Assembly: GCA_963832165.1 (NCBI GenBank)
Contig: CAWHTE010000004.1
Span: 480,001-544,000, forward strand
Direction: 5' to 3'
From: an uncultured delta proteobacterium
GTDB lineage: Bacteria; Myxococcota_A; UBA9160; SMWR01
Length of the DNA stretch: 64,000 nucleotides
Shown: one piece after another, positions 34,267 to 42,925 of the stretch
Layout: the number at the start of each line of letters is the position of its first letter
Position numbering within the stretch: the stretch's first letter is position 1
Notes under the pieces: generated by a model
What the model was told of the DNA's origin: nothing
Seen by the model: the letters and a program-made list of their open reading frames with translations, nothing else
Databases searched by the model: none
Made by a program: the position numbers and the translations under genes

Positions 34267-34313
34267 TTGAGGGTTTCCGTTATTTCGCCGCCACCTACCC
34301 CGAGCGTACGGTG
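34267..34313 (+). promoter_or_regulatory. candidate LuxR-AAA-activated promoter of the FG-GAP genes
   Basis: TTGAGGGTTTCCGTTATTTCG-N16-GCGTACGGTG, then RBS GAGGAG and ATG at 34335. Confidence 0.7.
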
Positions 34314-34334
34314 ACCCCCCGAGGAGCAAGGATC

Positions 34335-37300
34335 ATGCTCAGGCGACTGCGGGTGGGTACGGCGGCGGCACTCGTTCTCAGCGCGTGTGTCGGGCCCGGG
34401 GGCGATCGAAACAGCGAGACGGCGGATGCCGCGTGGCTCGCCGAGGCGCAGCGCGAGATCGCGGCGCGCGAGTACCGCGCGAGCGAGAACGGCGAGGGTT
34501 TCCAGGCGCCCAACCGCGCGCACAACCTCCGCACGTACTTCGAACCGACGGGCATCCGCGTGCACGACCGCACCGCGTCGGGCAGCCCGGAGCTACTGCA
34601 GCTCACGCTGACCGGCATGGGTCGCGGCCAGACCCTCGCGGCGGTCGAGCGCGGCACGGGGCCGGTGACGGCCGAGAACCGCGTGGAGATCCATCGTCCG
34701 GGTCTCGTCGAGTGGTACGTGAACTCGCCCGCAGGCCTTGAGCAGGGCTTCACGCTCGCAAAGCGCCAGCACGGCGAGGGCCCGCTCGTCGTGGAGCTCG
34801 CGGTCGCGGGCGCGCGACCGGCTCTGCTCGGAGACGCGGTGATCTTCGACACCGCACAGCGCAAGCTGCGCTACGGCGAGTTGGTCGCCAACGACGCAGA
34901 AGGCACGGTGCTCCCTTCGCACCTCGAGCTCGCCAGTACCGACCAGCTCCGGATCGTGGTCGACGATGCTGCCGCGGCCTACCCGATCGTGATCGATCCC
35001 CTGCTCACGGAGACCGCGGATACGCAGCTCGAGTCGAACCAGGCGAGCGCGGATTTCGGCGTCAGCGTGGCGGCGGCTGGCGACGTGAACGGGGACGGCC
35101 ACGCCGACGTGATCGTCGGCGCCCGGCGGTTCGATGGCGGCGAGAGTGACGAGGGCGCGGCATTCGTGTTCCTGGGCAGCGCGTCGGGAATCGGCAACGG
35201 CGATCCATTCACAGCGGCGGCCCGATTCGAGTCGGACCAGGCGGGCGCGTGGATGGGCGCGAGCGTCGCGGGGGCCGGCGACGTGGACGGCGACGGCTAC
35301 GACGACGTGATCGTCGGGGCCACCTTCTACGACGACGGGCAGACCGACGAGGGCGCGGCGTTCGTGTTCACCGGCAGCGCAACCGGCATCGCGGACGGCA
35401 TTCCCTTCACGGCGGCGGCGCAGCTCGAGTCGAACCAGCCCAACGCGGGTTTCGGCCTGAGCGTGTCCGGGGCCGGCGACACCAACGGCGACGGCTATGG
35501 CGACGTGATCGTCGGGGCCATCGTCTACGACAACGGGCAGACCGACGAGGGCGCGGCGTTCGTGTTCCCGGGCAGCCCGTCGGGAGTCGCATCCAGCAAT
35601 CCCGGCACACCCGGGGTGACGCAGGTCGAGTCGAACCAGGCCAGCGCGGGTTTCGGCTTCAGCGTGGCCGGGGCCGGCGACGTGAACGGCGATGGCTATG
35701 CCGACGCGATCGTGGGCGCCTACGCGTACGATGCGGGCCAGGGCGACGAGGGCGCCGCGTTCGTGTTCCCGGGCGGCGCATCGGGGATCGCCTCGAGCCA
35801 TCCGGCAACGCCCGGGGTGGCGCAGCTCGAGTCGAACCAGGCGGGTGCGTTCCTGGGATACAGCGTGGCGGGGGCGGGCGACACGAATGGGGATGGCTAC
35901 GCCGACGTGATCGTCGGGACCGTCTTCTACGACAACGGGGAAACCAACGAGGGCGCGGCGTTCGTGTTCCTGGGCAGCGCATCGGGGATCGCCTCGAGCA
36001 ATCCGGCGACTTCTGGCGTGGCACAGCTCGAGGCGAACCAGGCGAACGCGACTCTCGGGAACAGCGTGGCGGGGGCCGGCGATGTGAACGGCGACGGCTA
36101 TGCCGACGCGATCGTGGGCGCCAACGGCTACGACGGGGGCCACAGCAACGAGGGCGCCGCGTTCGTGTTCGTGGGCAGCGCGTCAGGGATCGTGGACGGC
36201 GATCCCGCGACGGCGCTGGCACAGATCGAATCGAGTCAGGCGGAAGCGAATCTCGGCTTCAGCGTGGCGGGGGCCGGCGACGTGAATGGCGACGGCTATG
36301 CCGATGTGATCGCGGGCGTCTACCGCTACGACAACGGCGAGACCGACGAGGGCGCCGCGTTCGTGTCCCTCGGCGGGCCCGCGGGCATCGCGTTTGGGAA
36401 CCCAGCGACGGCGGCGGCACAGCTCGAGCCGGAGCAGGCGAGCGCACAGCTCGGCGTGAGCGTCGCTGGAGCGGGCGACGTGAACGGCGACGGTTACGGC
36501 GATGTGATCGTGGGGGCCAGGCTCTATGACGCGGGTCAATCCAGCGAAGGCGCGGCCTTCGTGTTCATCGGGAGTAGCTCGGGGATCGCCGACAGCAATC
36601 CCGCCACTGCGGCAACGCAGCTCGAGGGGGACCAACCGGACGCGCAGCTCGGCGGGAGCGTTGCCTCGGCCGGCGACGTGAACGGGGACGGCTACGCCGA
36701 CGTGATCGTGGGCGCCAGTCTGTACGATGCGCCCGAATCAGCCGAGGGCGCAGCCTTCGTGTTCCTGGGGAGTGCGACGGGGATTGCAGCTGGCAATCCT
36801 GCGACGGCGGCGGCGCAGCTCGAGTCGAACCAGCCGCTCGCGACTCTCGGCGGAAGCGTGGCCGCGGCAGGCGACGTGAACGGGGACGGCTACGGGGACG
36901 TGATCGTGGGCGCCAATCTGTACGACGCGCCCGAATCAGCCGAGGGCGCAGCCTTCGTGTTCCTGGGGAGTGCGACGGGGATTGCAGATGGCAATCCCGT
37001 GACGGCGGCGGCACAGCTCGAGTCGAACCAGCCGGGCGCGAATCTCGGCGCGAGCGTCGCGGGAGCGGGCGACGTGAACGGGGACGGCTATGCCGATCTG
37101 ATTGCCGGGGCGTACACCTACAGCAACGGGCCCACCCCGAGAGAGGGCGCAGCCTTCGTGTTCCTGGGGAGTGCGACAGGGATCGCGGCTGGCAATCCCG
37201 CGACGGCGGCAGCGCAGCTCGAGGCGGACCAGATGGACGCGCAGCTCGGCGTGAGCGTCGCCTCGGCCGGCGACGTGAACGGAGACGGCTACGCCGACGT

Positions 37301-38261
37301 GATCGTGGGTGCCAATTTTTACGACTTGCCTGAAGACGGGGAGGGCGCAGCTTTCGTGTTCCTGGGGAGTGCGACAGGGATCGCGGATGGCAATCCCGCG
37401 ACGGCGGCGGCGCACCTCCAAGTGAACCTGTATGCGCAGCTCGGCACCAGCGTGGCCGGGGCTGGCGACCTGAACGGCGATGGCTACGCCGACGTGATCG
37501 TAGGTGCCCCCGCTTACGATGCCGCCCAGACCGGGGGCGCCGCGTTCGTGTTCCTGGGAAGCGCGACGGGGCTCGGCACGGAGCCCTTTGGATTGCCGTC
37601 AGCGGCGCTCCTGTCGGATCAGGCGAGTTCGAGGCTCGGCTCGAGCGTCGCGGGAGCGGGCGACGTGAACGGGGACGGCTATGCAGACGTGATCGTAGGT
37701 GCCTTCGAATACGATGCGGGCCTGACCGACGAGGGAGCCGCGTTCCTGTTCCTCGGCAACGCAAATACGAAAGGCCGACCGGTGCTCGCGCGGCAGCGGC
37801 GCGGCAACGGCAGCGGCATCGTCGTGCAACCGTGGGGGCGCTCGCGATCCGCGACGGGTTTCGCCGCGGAGCTGCGCGCGAGTCACCCGCAGGGGACAGG
37901 GCGCGTGAAGGCGGAGCTGGAGGCGTGCCCGTCCGATGGGGCGCCCGCGGTGCCGTTCGGTGACGCGAGCTGCACGACCGCGTTCACCCCGAGCTGGGTG
38001 ACCGTGAACGGCACGACCCCCGAGGTGCTGCTCTCGCACACGTTCACGGGTCTCGTGAACAACACGCTCTACCGCTGGCGCGCGCGCGTGCTGCACGCGC
38101 CGGCGGTCGGGACGGTCCCCGCGAACCCCGAGCACGGGCCATGGCGACGACTCGGCGCGCAGTCCGTGGAAGGTGACATCCGGCTGCCCGAGCCCGGATT
38201 GCTGGTCCCACTGATTTCCGGCCTTGCACTCGTCGCGTCGCTCGCGCGCCGGCGGAGGTAG
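34335..38261 (+). CDS. FG-GAP (integrin-alpha-like) repeat surface protein 1; 14 repeats; PEP-CTERM-type tail
   Basis: Signal with LSAC lipobox; N-domain with EWYVN..GLEQGF and YPIVIDP; 14 x GDVNGDGY.DVIVGA; ends LPEPGLLVPLISGLALVASLARRRR. Confidence 0.92.
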   Translation: MLRRLRVGTAAALVLSACVGPGGDRNSETADAAWLAEAQREIAAREYRASENGEGFQAPNRAHNLRTYFEPTGIRVHDRTASGSPELLQLTLTGMGRGQTLAAVERGTGPVTAENRVEIHRPGLVEWYVNSPAGLEQGFTLAKRQHGEGPLVVELAVAGARPALLGDAVIFDTAQRKLRYGELVANDAEGTVLPSHLELASTDQLRIVVDDAAAAYPIVIDPLLTETADTQLESNQASADFGVSVAAAGDVNGDGHADVIVGARRFDGGESDEGAAFVFLGSASGIGNGDPFTAAARFESDQAGAWMGASVAGAGDVDGDGYDDVIVGATFYDDGQTDEGAAFVFTGSATGIADGIPFTAAAQLESNQPNAGFGLSVSGAGDTNGDGYGDVIVGAIVYDNGQTDEGAAFVFPGSPSGVASSNPGTPGVTQVESNQASAGFGFSVAGAGDVNGDGYADAIVGAYAYDAGQGDEGAAFVFPGGASGIASSHPATPGVAQLESNQAGAFLGYSVAGAGDTNGDGYADVIVGTVFYDNGETNEGAAFVFLGSASGIASSNPATSGVAQLEANQANATLGNSVAGAGDVNGDGYADAIVGANGYDGGHSNEGAAFVFVGSASGIVDGDPATALAQIESSQAEANLGFSVAGAGDVNGDGYADVIAGVYRYDNGETDEGAAFVSLGGPAGIAFGNPATAAAQLEPEQASAQLGVSVAGAGDVNGDGYGDVIVGARLYDAGQSSEGAAFVFIGSSSGIADSNPATAATQLEGDQPDAQLGGSVASAGDVNGDGYADVIVGASLYDAPESAEGAAFVFLGSATGIAAGNPATAAAQLESNQPLATLGGSVAAAGDVNGDGYGDVIVGANLYDAPESAEGAAFVFLGSATGIADGNPVTAAAQLESNQPGANLGASVAGAGDVNGDGYADLIAGAYTYSNGPTPREGAAFVFLGSATGIAAGNPATAAAQLEADQMDAQLGVSVASAGDVNGDGYADVIVGANFYDLPEDGEGAAFVFLGSATGIADGNPATAAAHLQVNLYAQLGTSVAGAGDLNGDGYADVIVGAPAYDAAQTGGAAFVFLGSATGLGTEPFGLPSAALLSDQASSRLGSSVAGAGDVNGDGYADVIVGAFEYDAGLTDEGAAFLFLGNANTKGRPVLARQRRGNGSGIVVQPWGRSRSATGFAAELRASHPQGTGRVKAELEACPSDGAPAVPFGDASCTTAFTPSWVTVNGTTPEVLLSHTFTGLVNNTLYRWRARVLHAPAVGTVPANPEHGPWRRLGAQSVEGDIRLPEPGLLVPLISGLALVASLARRRR

Positions 38262-38263
38262 TC

Positions 38264-41200
38264 ATGCGCATTCGAGGTCTAGCGATCGTGAGCTCGTCGT
38301 TCCTCGTGGTCTGCGCGAGCCCGGATCGGAGCGAACGGGAGGCTGTCGATGCGAGCTTCCTCGCGCGCGCACAGGAGCAGATCGCCGCGCGCGAGTACCG
38401 CGCGAGCGAGAACGGGCAGGGCCTCCAGGCGCCGAACCGCGCGCACAACCTACGCACCTACTTCGACAAGACGGGCATCCGCGTGCACGACCGCACCGCG
38501 GAGGGGAGCCCGGAGCTGCTGCAGCTCACGCTTGCGGGTGTAGGCCGCGGCGAGGCGTTGGCAGCGGTCGAGCCCGGCGCTGCGCCGGTAACGGACGGGG
38601 ACCGCGTAGAGATCCATCGTCCGGGTCTCGTCGAGTGGTACCTGAACACCGAGGCCGGGCTCGAGCAGGGCTTCACGCTCGCGGAGCGTCCGCGCGGCGA
38701 GGGTCCGCTCGTCGTCGAGCTCGCGGTCGCGGGCGCGCGACCGACACTGGTCGGCGATGCGGTGATCTTCGAGTCGGAAGAGCAGCGCCCGCTGCGCTAC
38801 GGCGAGCTGGTCGCCAATGACGCGGACGGCAAGGTGCTTCCCGCGCACCTCGAGCTCTCGGGTGACGACCGGCTACGCATCGCCGTCGACGACGCCGACG
38901 CGGCCTACCCGATCGTGATCGATCCGCTGCTGACCGCGACGCATGACCTGCTCCTCTTTGGAACCCAGACCAGCTCGCAGTTCGGCATCAGCGTGGCGGG
39001 CGCGGGCGACGTGAACGGTGACGGCTATGCCGACGTGATCGTCGGCGCCAGCGGCTACGACGACGGCCAGAGCAACGAGGGCGCCGCGTTCGTGTTCCAC
39101 GGCAGCGCCTCCGGGATCATCGGCAACAGTCCGGCCACGGCCAATGCCGCGCTCACCTCGGATCTGTCGGGCATCGGCTTCGGCATCAGCGTCGCGGGCG
39201 CCGGCGACGTGAACGGCGACGGCTATGCCGACGTGATCGTCGGCGCGAGTGGCTACAGCGCGGGTGCGGGCGCGGCGTTCGTGTTCTACGGGAGCGGGAC
39301 GGGGATCGTGGGGATCAACCTCGCGTCGGCGCACCAGCTCACCTGCACGCAGGTGAGCACCAGTTTCGGCTTCAGCGTCGCGGGCGCGGGCGACGTGAAC
39401 GCGGACGGTTTCGACGACGTGGTCGTGGGCGCCTGGCTGTACGACAACGGCCAGACCGATGAGGGCGCGGCGTTCGTGTTTCGCGGCAGCGCGTCCGGGG
39501 TGGGGACCCGCACACAACTCGCGGCCAACACGCAGCTCGAGTCGAACCAGGCCAACGCGGCGTTCGGGTTCAGCGTGGCGGGCGCGGGCGACGTGAACAG
39601 CGACGGCTATGCCGACGTGATCGTGGGCGCGCAGTGGTACGAGGTCAACCCACCGTTTACGCCGCCGACGGAGGGCGCCGCGTTCGTCTACCACGGCGGT
39701 GCCGGCGGAATGGTGCTCGATGCGACGATCGGCGGCGGCCAAGCTGACATGTGGTTCGGCCGGAGCGTCGCGGGCGCGGGCGATGTGAACGGCGACGGCT
39801 TTGCCGACGTGATCGTCGGCGCCCCGTTCTTCGACTTCCCCAACGTTCCCGGCCGGGAAGGGGCCGCGTGGGTATTCGAAGGGAATCCGGGTGGTGTCGT
39901 GAGCCAGGTCGCCAGCGCGGCGTTCCCGGTGCTGATCGGCGACGAGCAGGCGGACGCGCAGTTCGGCAATCGCGTGGCCGGAGCCGGCGACGTGAACGGC
40001 GACGGCTACGCCGACGTGATCGTGGCCACTTCGCTGAACGACAGTGCGGGCACCGATACGGGCGTGGCGTTCGTGTATCCCGGTACAGCAGCGGGCATCT
40101 CCGCGGTGGGGTTCGCGCGGCTCCAGGGCAACCAGCCGAGCCGGGAGTTCGCTTCCGGCGTGGCCGGCGCCGGCGACGTGAACGGCGACGGCTATGCGGA
40201 CGTGATCGTGGGCGCGCAGTTCTACGACGCGGCGACCGCCGTCGACGGCGCGGCGTTCGTCTATCACGGCGGCGGGAGAGGCACGGGCTTTCGGACCGTC
40301 GACGTGAGCTCCCATGTCGTGACGGGTGGGAATAGTGTGGCGTCGGCGGGCGACGTGAACGGCGACGGCTACGGCGACGTGATCGTGGGTACCCCGTTCT
40401 ACGACAACGGCAGCGACCCGAACGAGGGATGGGCGTGGGTGTTCCACGGGAGTGCGTCGGGAATCATCGTGAACGACTATCAGATTCTCGAGTCGAATCG
40501 GGAGGACGCGCGATTCGGCTCCAGTGTGGCCGGCGCCGGGGACGTGAACGGTGACGGCTATGGCGATGTGATCGTCGGAGCGCCTTACTACGGCATCAGC
40601 TGGGCCGACTCCGGCGCGGCGTTCGTGTTCCTGGGCAGCGCGTCGGGCGTCGCGGGCACCCAGCCATCCAATGCGCATGCGACTCTGGGTGGAGACCAGC
40701 TGAACGGCCATCTCGGATCGGACGTGGATTCGGCGGGCGACGTGAATGGCGATGGCTACGCCGATGTGATCGTCGGGGCGTATACGTACAGCCACGGCCA
40801 GTCGAGCGAGGGAGCGGCGTTCGTGTTCCACGGGAGTGGGACGGGAATCGGCAACCGGACGAGCGCGACCCCAGACGCTCTGCTCGAGTCGGACGACGCC
40901 TTCGCGTATTTCGGCAATGAGGTGGCAGGCGCTGGGGACGTGAACGGGGATGGCTACAGCGACGTGATCGTAGGGGCGACGCAAAACTACGGTGCTGGTG
41001 AGGCCGGGGCCGTATTCGTGTTCCCGGGCAGCGCATCGGGGATCGCCGACGGCAATCCTGGATCGATCGGAGTGACTCAGCTCGAGTCGGGCCCGGCCGG
41101 TAATTTCTGGGGTGTCGCGGACGGCGCGGGTGACGTGAACGGTGATGGCTACGGCGATCTGATCGCTGGCGGCCACACTGGGGGCCAGAACCGAGTGTTC

Positions 41201-42106
41201 GTATTCAACGGCGGCACGTCGGGAATCGCGGACGGAGACGCCGGCACGGCGTCAGCCACGATTCTGGGACAAGGGCTTGCCGCCAGCCTGGGCGGCAGAG
41301 TCGCGGGGGCTGGTGACCTCAATGGCGATGGGAACGCCGACGTGTTGGCCGCGGCGCCGAACTACGGAAACGGCCAGACGAGGGAGGGCGCCGTGTTCGT
41401 GTTTCACGGCAGTGCGTTCGGAATCGCGAGCGGCGATGCCCTGATCGTTGCGAATGGGCGGATCGAGGGGGGCCAGGATGAACTGTTCTTCGGGATCCCG
41501 GCGTCTGCGGGAGATGTGAACGGAGACGGCTACGCCGACGTGATCGTAGGAGCGCCGTCCTACGATTATCTCCCGGTCGTGGACCAGGGCGCGGCGTTCC
41601 TGTTCCTCGGCAATGGCGGTGGCCGCTCCGTTCTCGCGCAGCAGAGGCGCGCCGACGGTACGGGTGACGTGGTGCAGCCGTGGGGGAAGGCGGAGTCCGC
41701 GACGGTCGAGTTCAGGGCCAGCCATCCCGCCGGCACTGGCCTCGTGCGCGGCCAGTTCGAGGCGTGCCCGACCGGCGTGCCGTTCGGAAGCGGTAGCTGC
41801 ACGACCGCGCTCTCGCCGACGTGGGAGCCAGTGGGCCTAATAGGATTCGAACCCGACAGGCTGCTGCCTCACACGTTCACCGGCCTCTCGAGCAACATGC
41901 TCTACCGCTGGCGCGCGCGCGTGCAGTATGCGCCGTTGAGCGGCCCGATCGCGACCAACCCATTCCATAGCCCGTGGCGGCGGCTCGGCGCGCAGTCGGT
42001 GGAGGCGGACATACGCCTGCCCGAGCCGGGGGTGTTGCTCTCGCTCGTTAGTGGATTTGCACTCGTCTCGGCGCTCTCGCTCCGGCGGAGCCGACCCGTT
42101 CGATAG
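38264..42106 (+). CDS. FG-GAP repeat surface protein 2; 14 repeats; PEP-CTERM-type tail
   Basis: Same architecture; ends LPEPGVLLSLVSGFALVSALSLRRSRPVR. Confidence 0.92.
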   Translation: MRIRGLAIVSSSFLVVCASPDRSEREAVDASFLARAQEQIAAREYRASENGQGLQAPNRAHNLRTYFDKTGIRVHDRTAEGSPELLQLTLAGVGRGEALAAVEPGAAPVTDGDRVEIHRPGLVEWYLNTEAGLEQGFTLAERPRGEGPLVVELAVAGARPTLVGDAVIFESEEQRPLRYGELVANDADGKVLPAHLELSGDDRLRIAVDDADAAYPIVIDPLLTATHDLLLFGTQTSSQFGISVAGAGDVNGDGYADVIVGASGYDDGQSNEGAAFVFHGSASGIIGNSPATANAALTSDLSGIGFGISVAGAGDVNGDGYADVIVGASGYSAGAGAAFVFYGSGTGIVGINLASAHQLTCTQVSTSFGFSVAGAGDVNADGFDDVVVGAWLYDNGQTDEGAAFVFRGSASGVGTRTQLAANTQLESNQANAAFGFSVAGAGDVNSDGYADVIVGAQWYEVNPPFTPPTEGAAFVYHGGAGGMVLDATIGGGQADMWFGRSVAGAGDVNGDGFADVIVGAPFFDFPNVPGREGAAWVFEGNPGGVVSQVASAAFPVLIGDEQADAQFGNRVAGAGDVNGDGYADVIVATSLNDSAGTDTGVAFVYPGTAAGISAVGFARLQGNQPSREFASGVAGAGDVNGDGYADVIVGAQFYDAATAVDGAAFVYHGGGRGTGFRTVDVSSHVVTGGNSVASAGDVNGDGYGDVIVGTPFYDNGSDPNEGWAWVFHGSASGIIVNDYQILESNREDARFGSSVAGAGDVNGDGYGDVIVGAPYYGISWADSGAAFVFLGSASGVAGTQPSNAHATLGGDQLNGHLGSDVDSAGDVNGDGYADVIVGAYTYSHGQSSEGAAFVFHGSGTGIGNRTSATPDALLESDDAFAYFGNEVAGAGDVNGDGYSDVIVGATQNYGAGEAGAVFVFPGSASGIADGNPGSIGVTQLESGPAGNFWGVADGAGDVNGDGYGDLIAGGHTGGQNRVFVFNGGTSGIADGDAGTASATILGQGLAASLGGRVAGAGDLNGDGNADVLAAAPNYGNGQTREGAVFVFHGSAFGIASGDALIVANGRIEGGQDELFFGIPASAGDVNGDGYADVIVGAPSYDYLPVVDQGAAFLFLGNGGGRSVLAQQRRADGTGDVVQPWGKAESATVEFRASHPAGTGLVRGQFEACPTGVPFGSGSCTTALSPTWEPVGLIGFEPDRLLPHTFTGLSSNMLYRWRARVQYAPLSGPIATNPFHSPWRRLGAQSVEADIRLPEPGVLLSLVSGFALVSALSLRRSRPVR

Positions 42107-42134
42107 AGTTCGCGCTTCCCTCGGGGACCCCATC

Positions 42135-42849
42135 GGGCGCCGCGCTCACCGAGCTGTTCTCGATCCGCGAGGGCGCTGGCGTTTCCGACGCGGGCGGCGT
42201 GCTGCGCGGCAAGGCGCTCATGGCGCTCGATGCGCACGGTGCGGATCGCATAATGATCCCGATCGGAGCCGACCGGCTCGCCGTGGTGCGCACGGATGCC
42301 GCGGAGCTCACGATCACGCGGCTCGCGACGATCGACGCCACGCGCTGCACGGCCGAGGTGACGCTAGACGGTGTCGCGCCCGAAGCCGTGCTCGACGGTG
42401 CGGGCGCCGCGATCGCGCGCGCGCTCGACGCAGGCCGCATCGCGCTTGCGGCCGACGCGCTAGGCGCGTGCGAGGCGATGATCGAGCAGTCGGTCGCCTA
42501 CGCGCAGCAGCGCAAGCAGTTCGGGCGCGCGATCGGCTCGTTCCAGGCCGTGAAGCACATGTGCGCCGAGATGATCGCGGCGCTCGAGCCCGCGCGGTCG
42601 CTGCTCTGGTACGCCGCGCACAGCTTCGACGCGCTGCCCGACCAGGCGCCCCAGATGGCCTGCCACGTGCTCGAGCACGTCTCCGAGATCGGTCGCGAGA
42701 TCGCGAGCACGGCTACGCAGGTGCACGGCGGAATCGGCTGGACCGACGAGCAGAATCTGCACTTCTGGTTCAAGCGCATCGCGGTCGCGCGCCATCTGCT
42801 GGGCGGGCCGGAGCTGCTGCGCGAGCGCGCGGCGGAGCTCCAGGGGCTC
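42135..42849 (+). pseudogene. 5'-truncated acyl-CoA dehydrogenase fragment = direct repeat copy 2
   Basis: Near-identical to 30305-31019; lacks the first ~120 codons and any native start. Confidence 0.9.
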
Positions 42850-42925
42850 GTGCTCCCGCCTAGCGTGAATCGGCCACACTTCGGTTTCGTTGCCCTGATA
42901 GAGTGTGCGGCAAGTCGGGGTACGT

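Noticed and set aside
31020..42134. Prophage or integrase-driven genomic island
   Set aside because: No integrase, transposase or phage gene lies between the repeats, and 715 bp is far longer than a typical att core.
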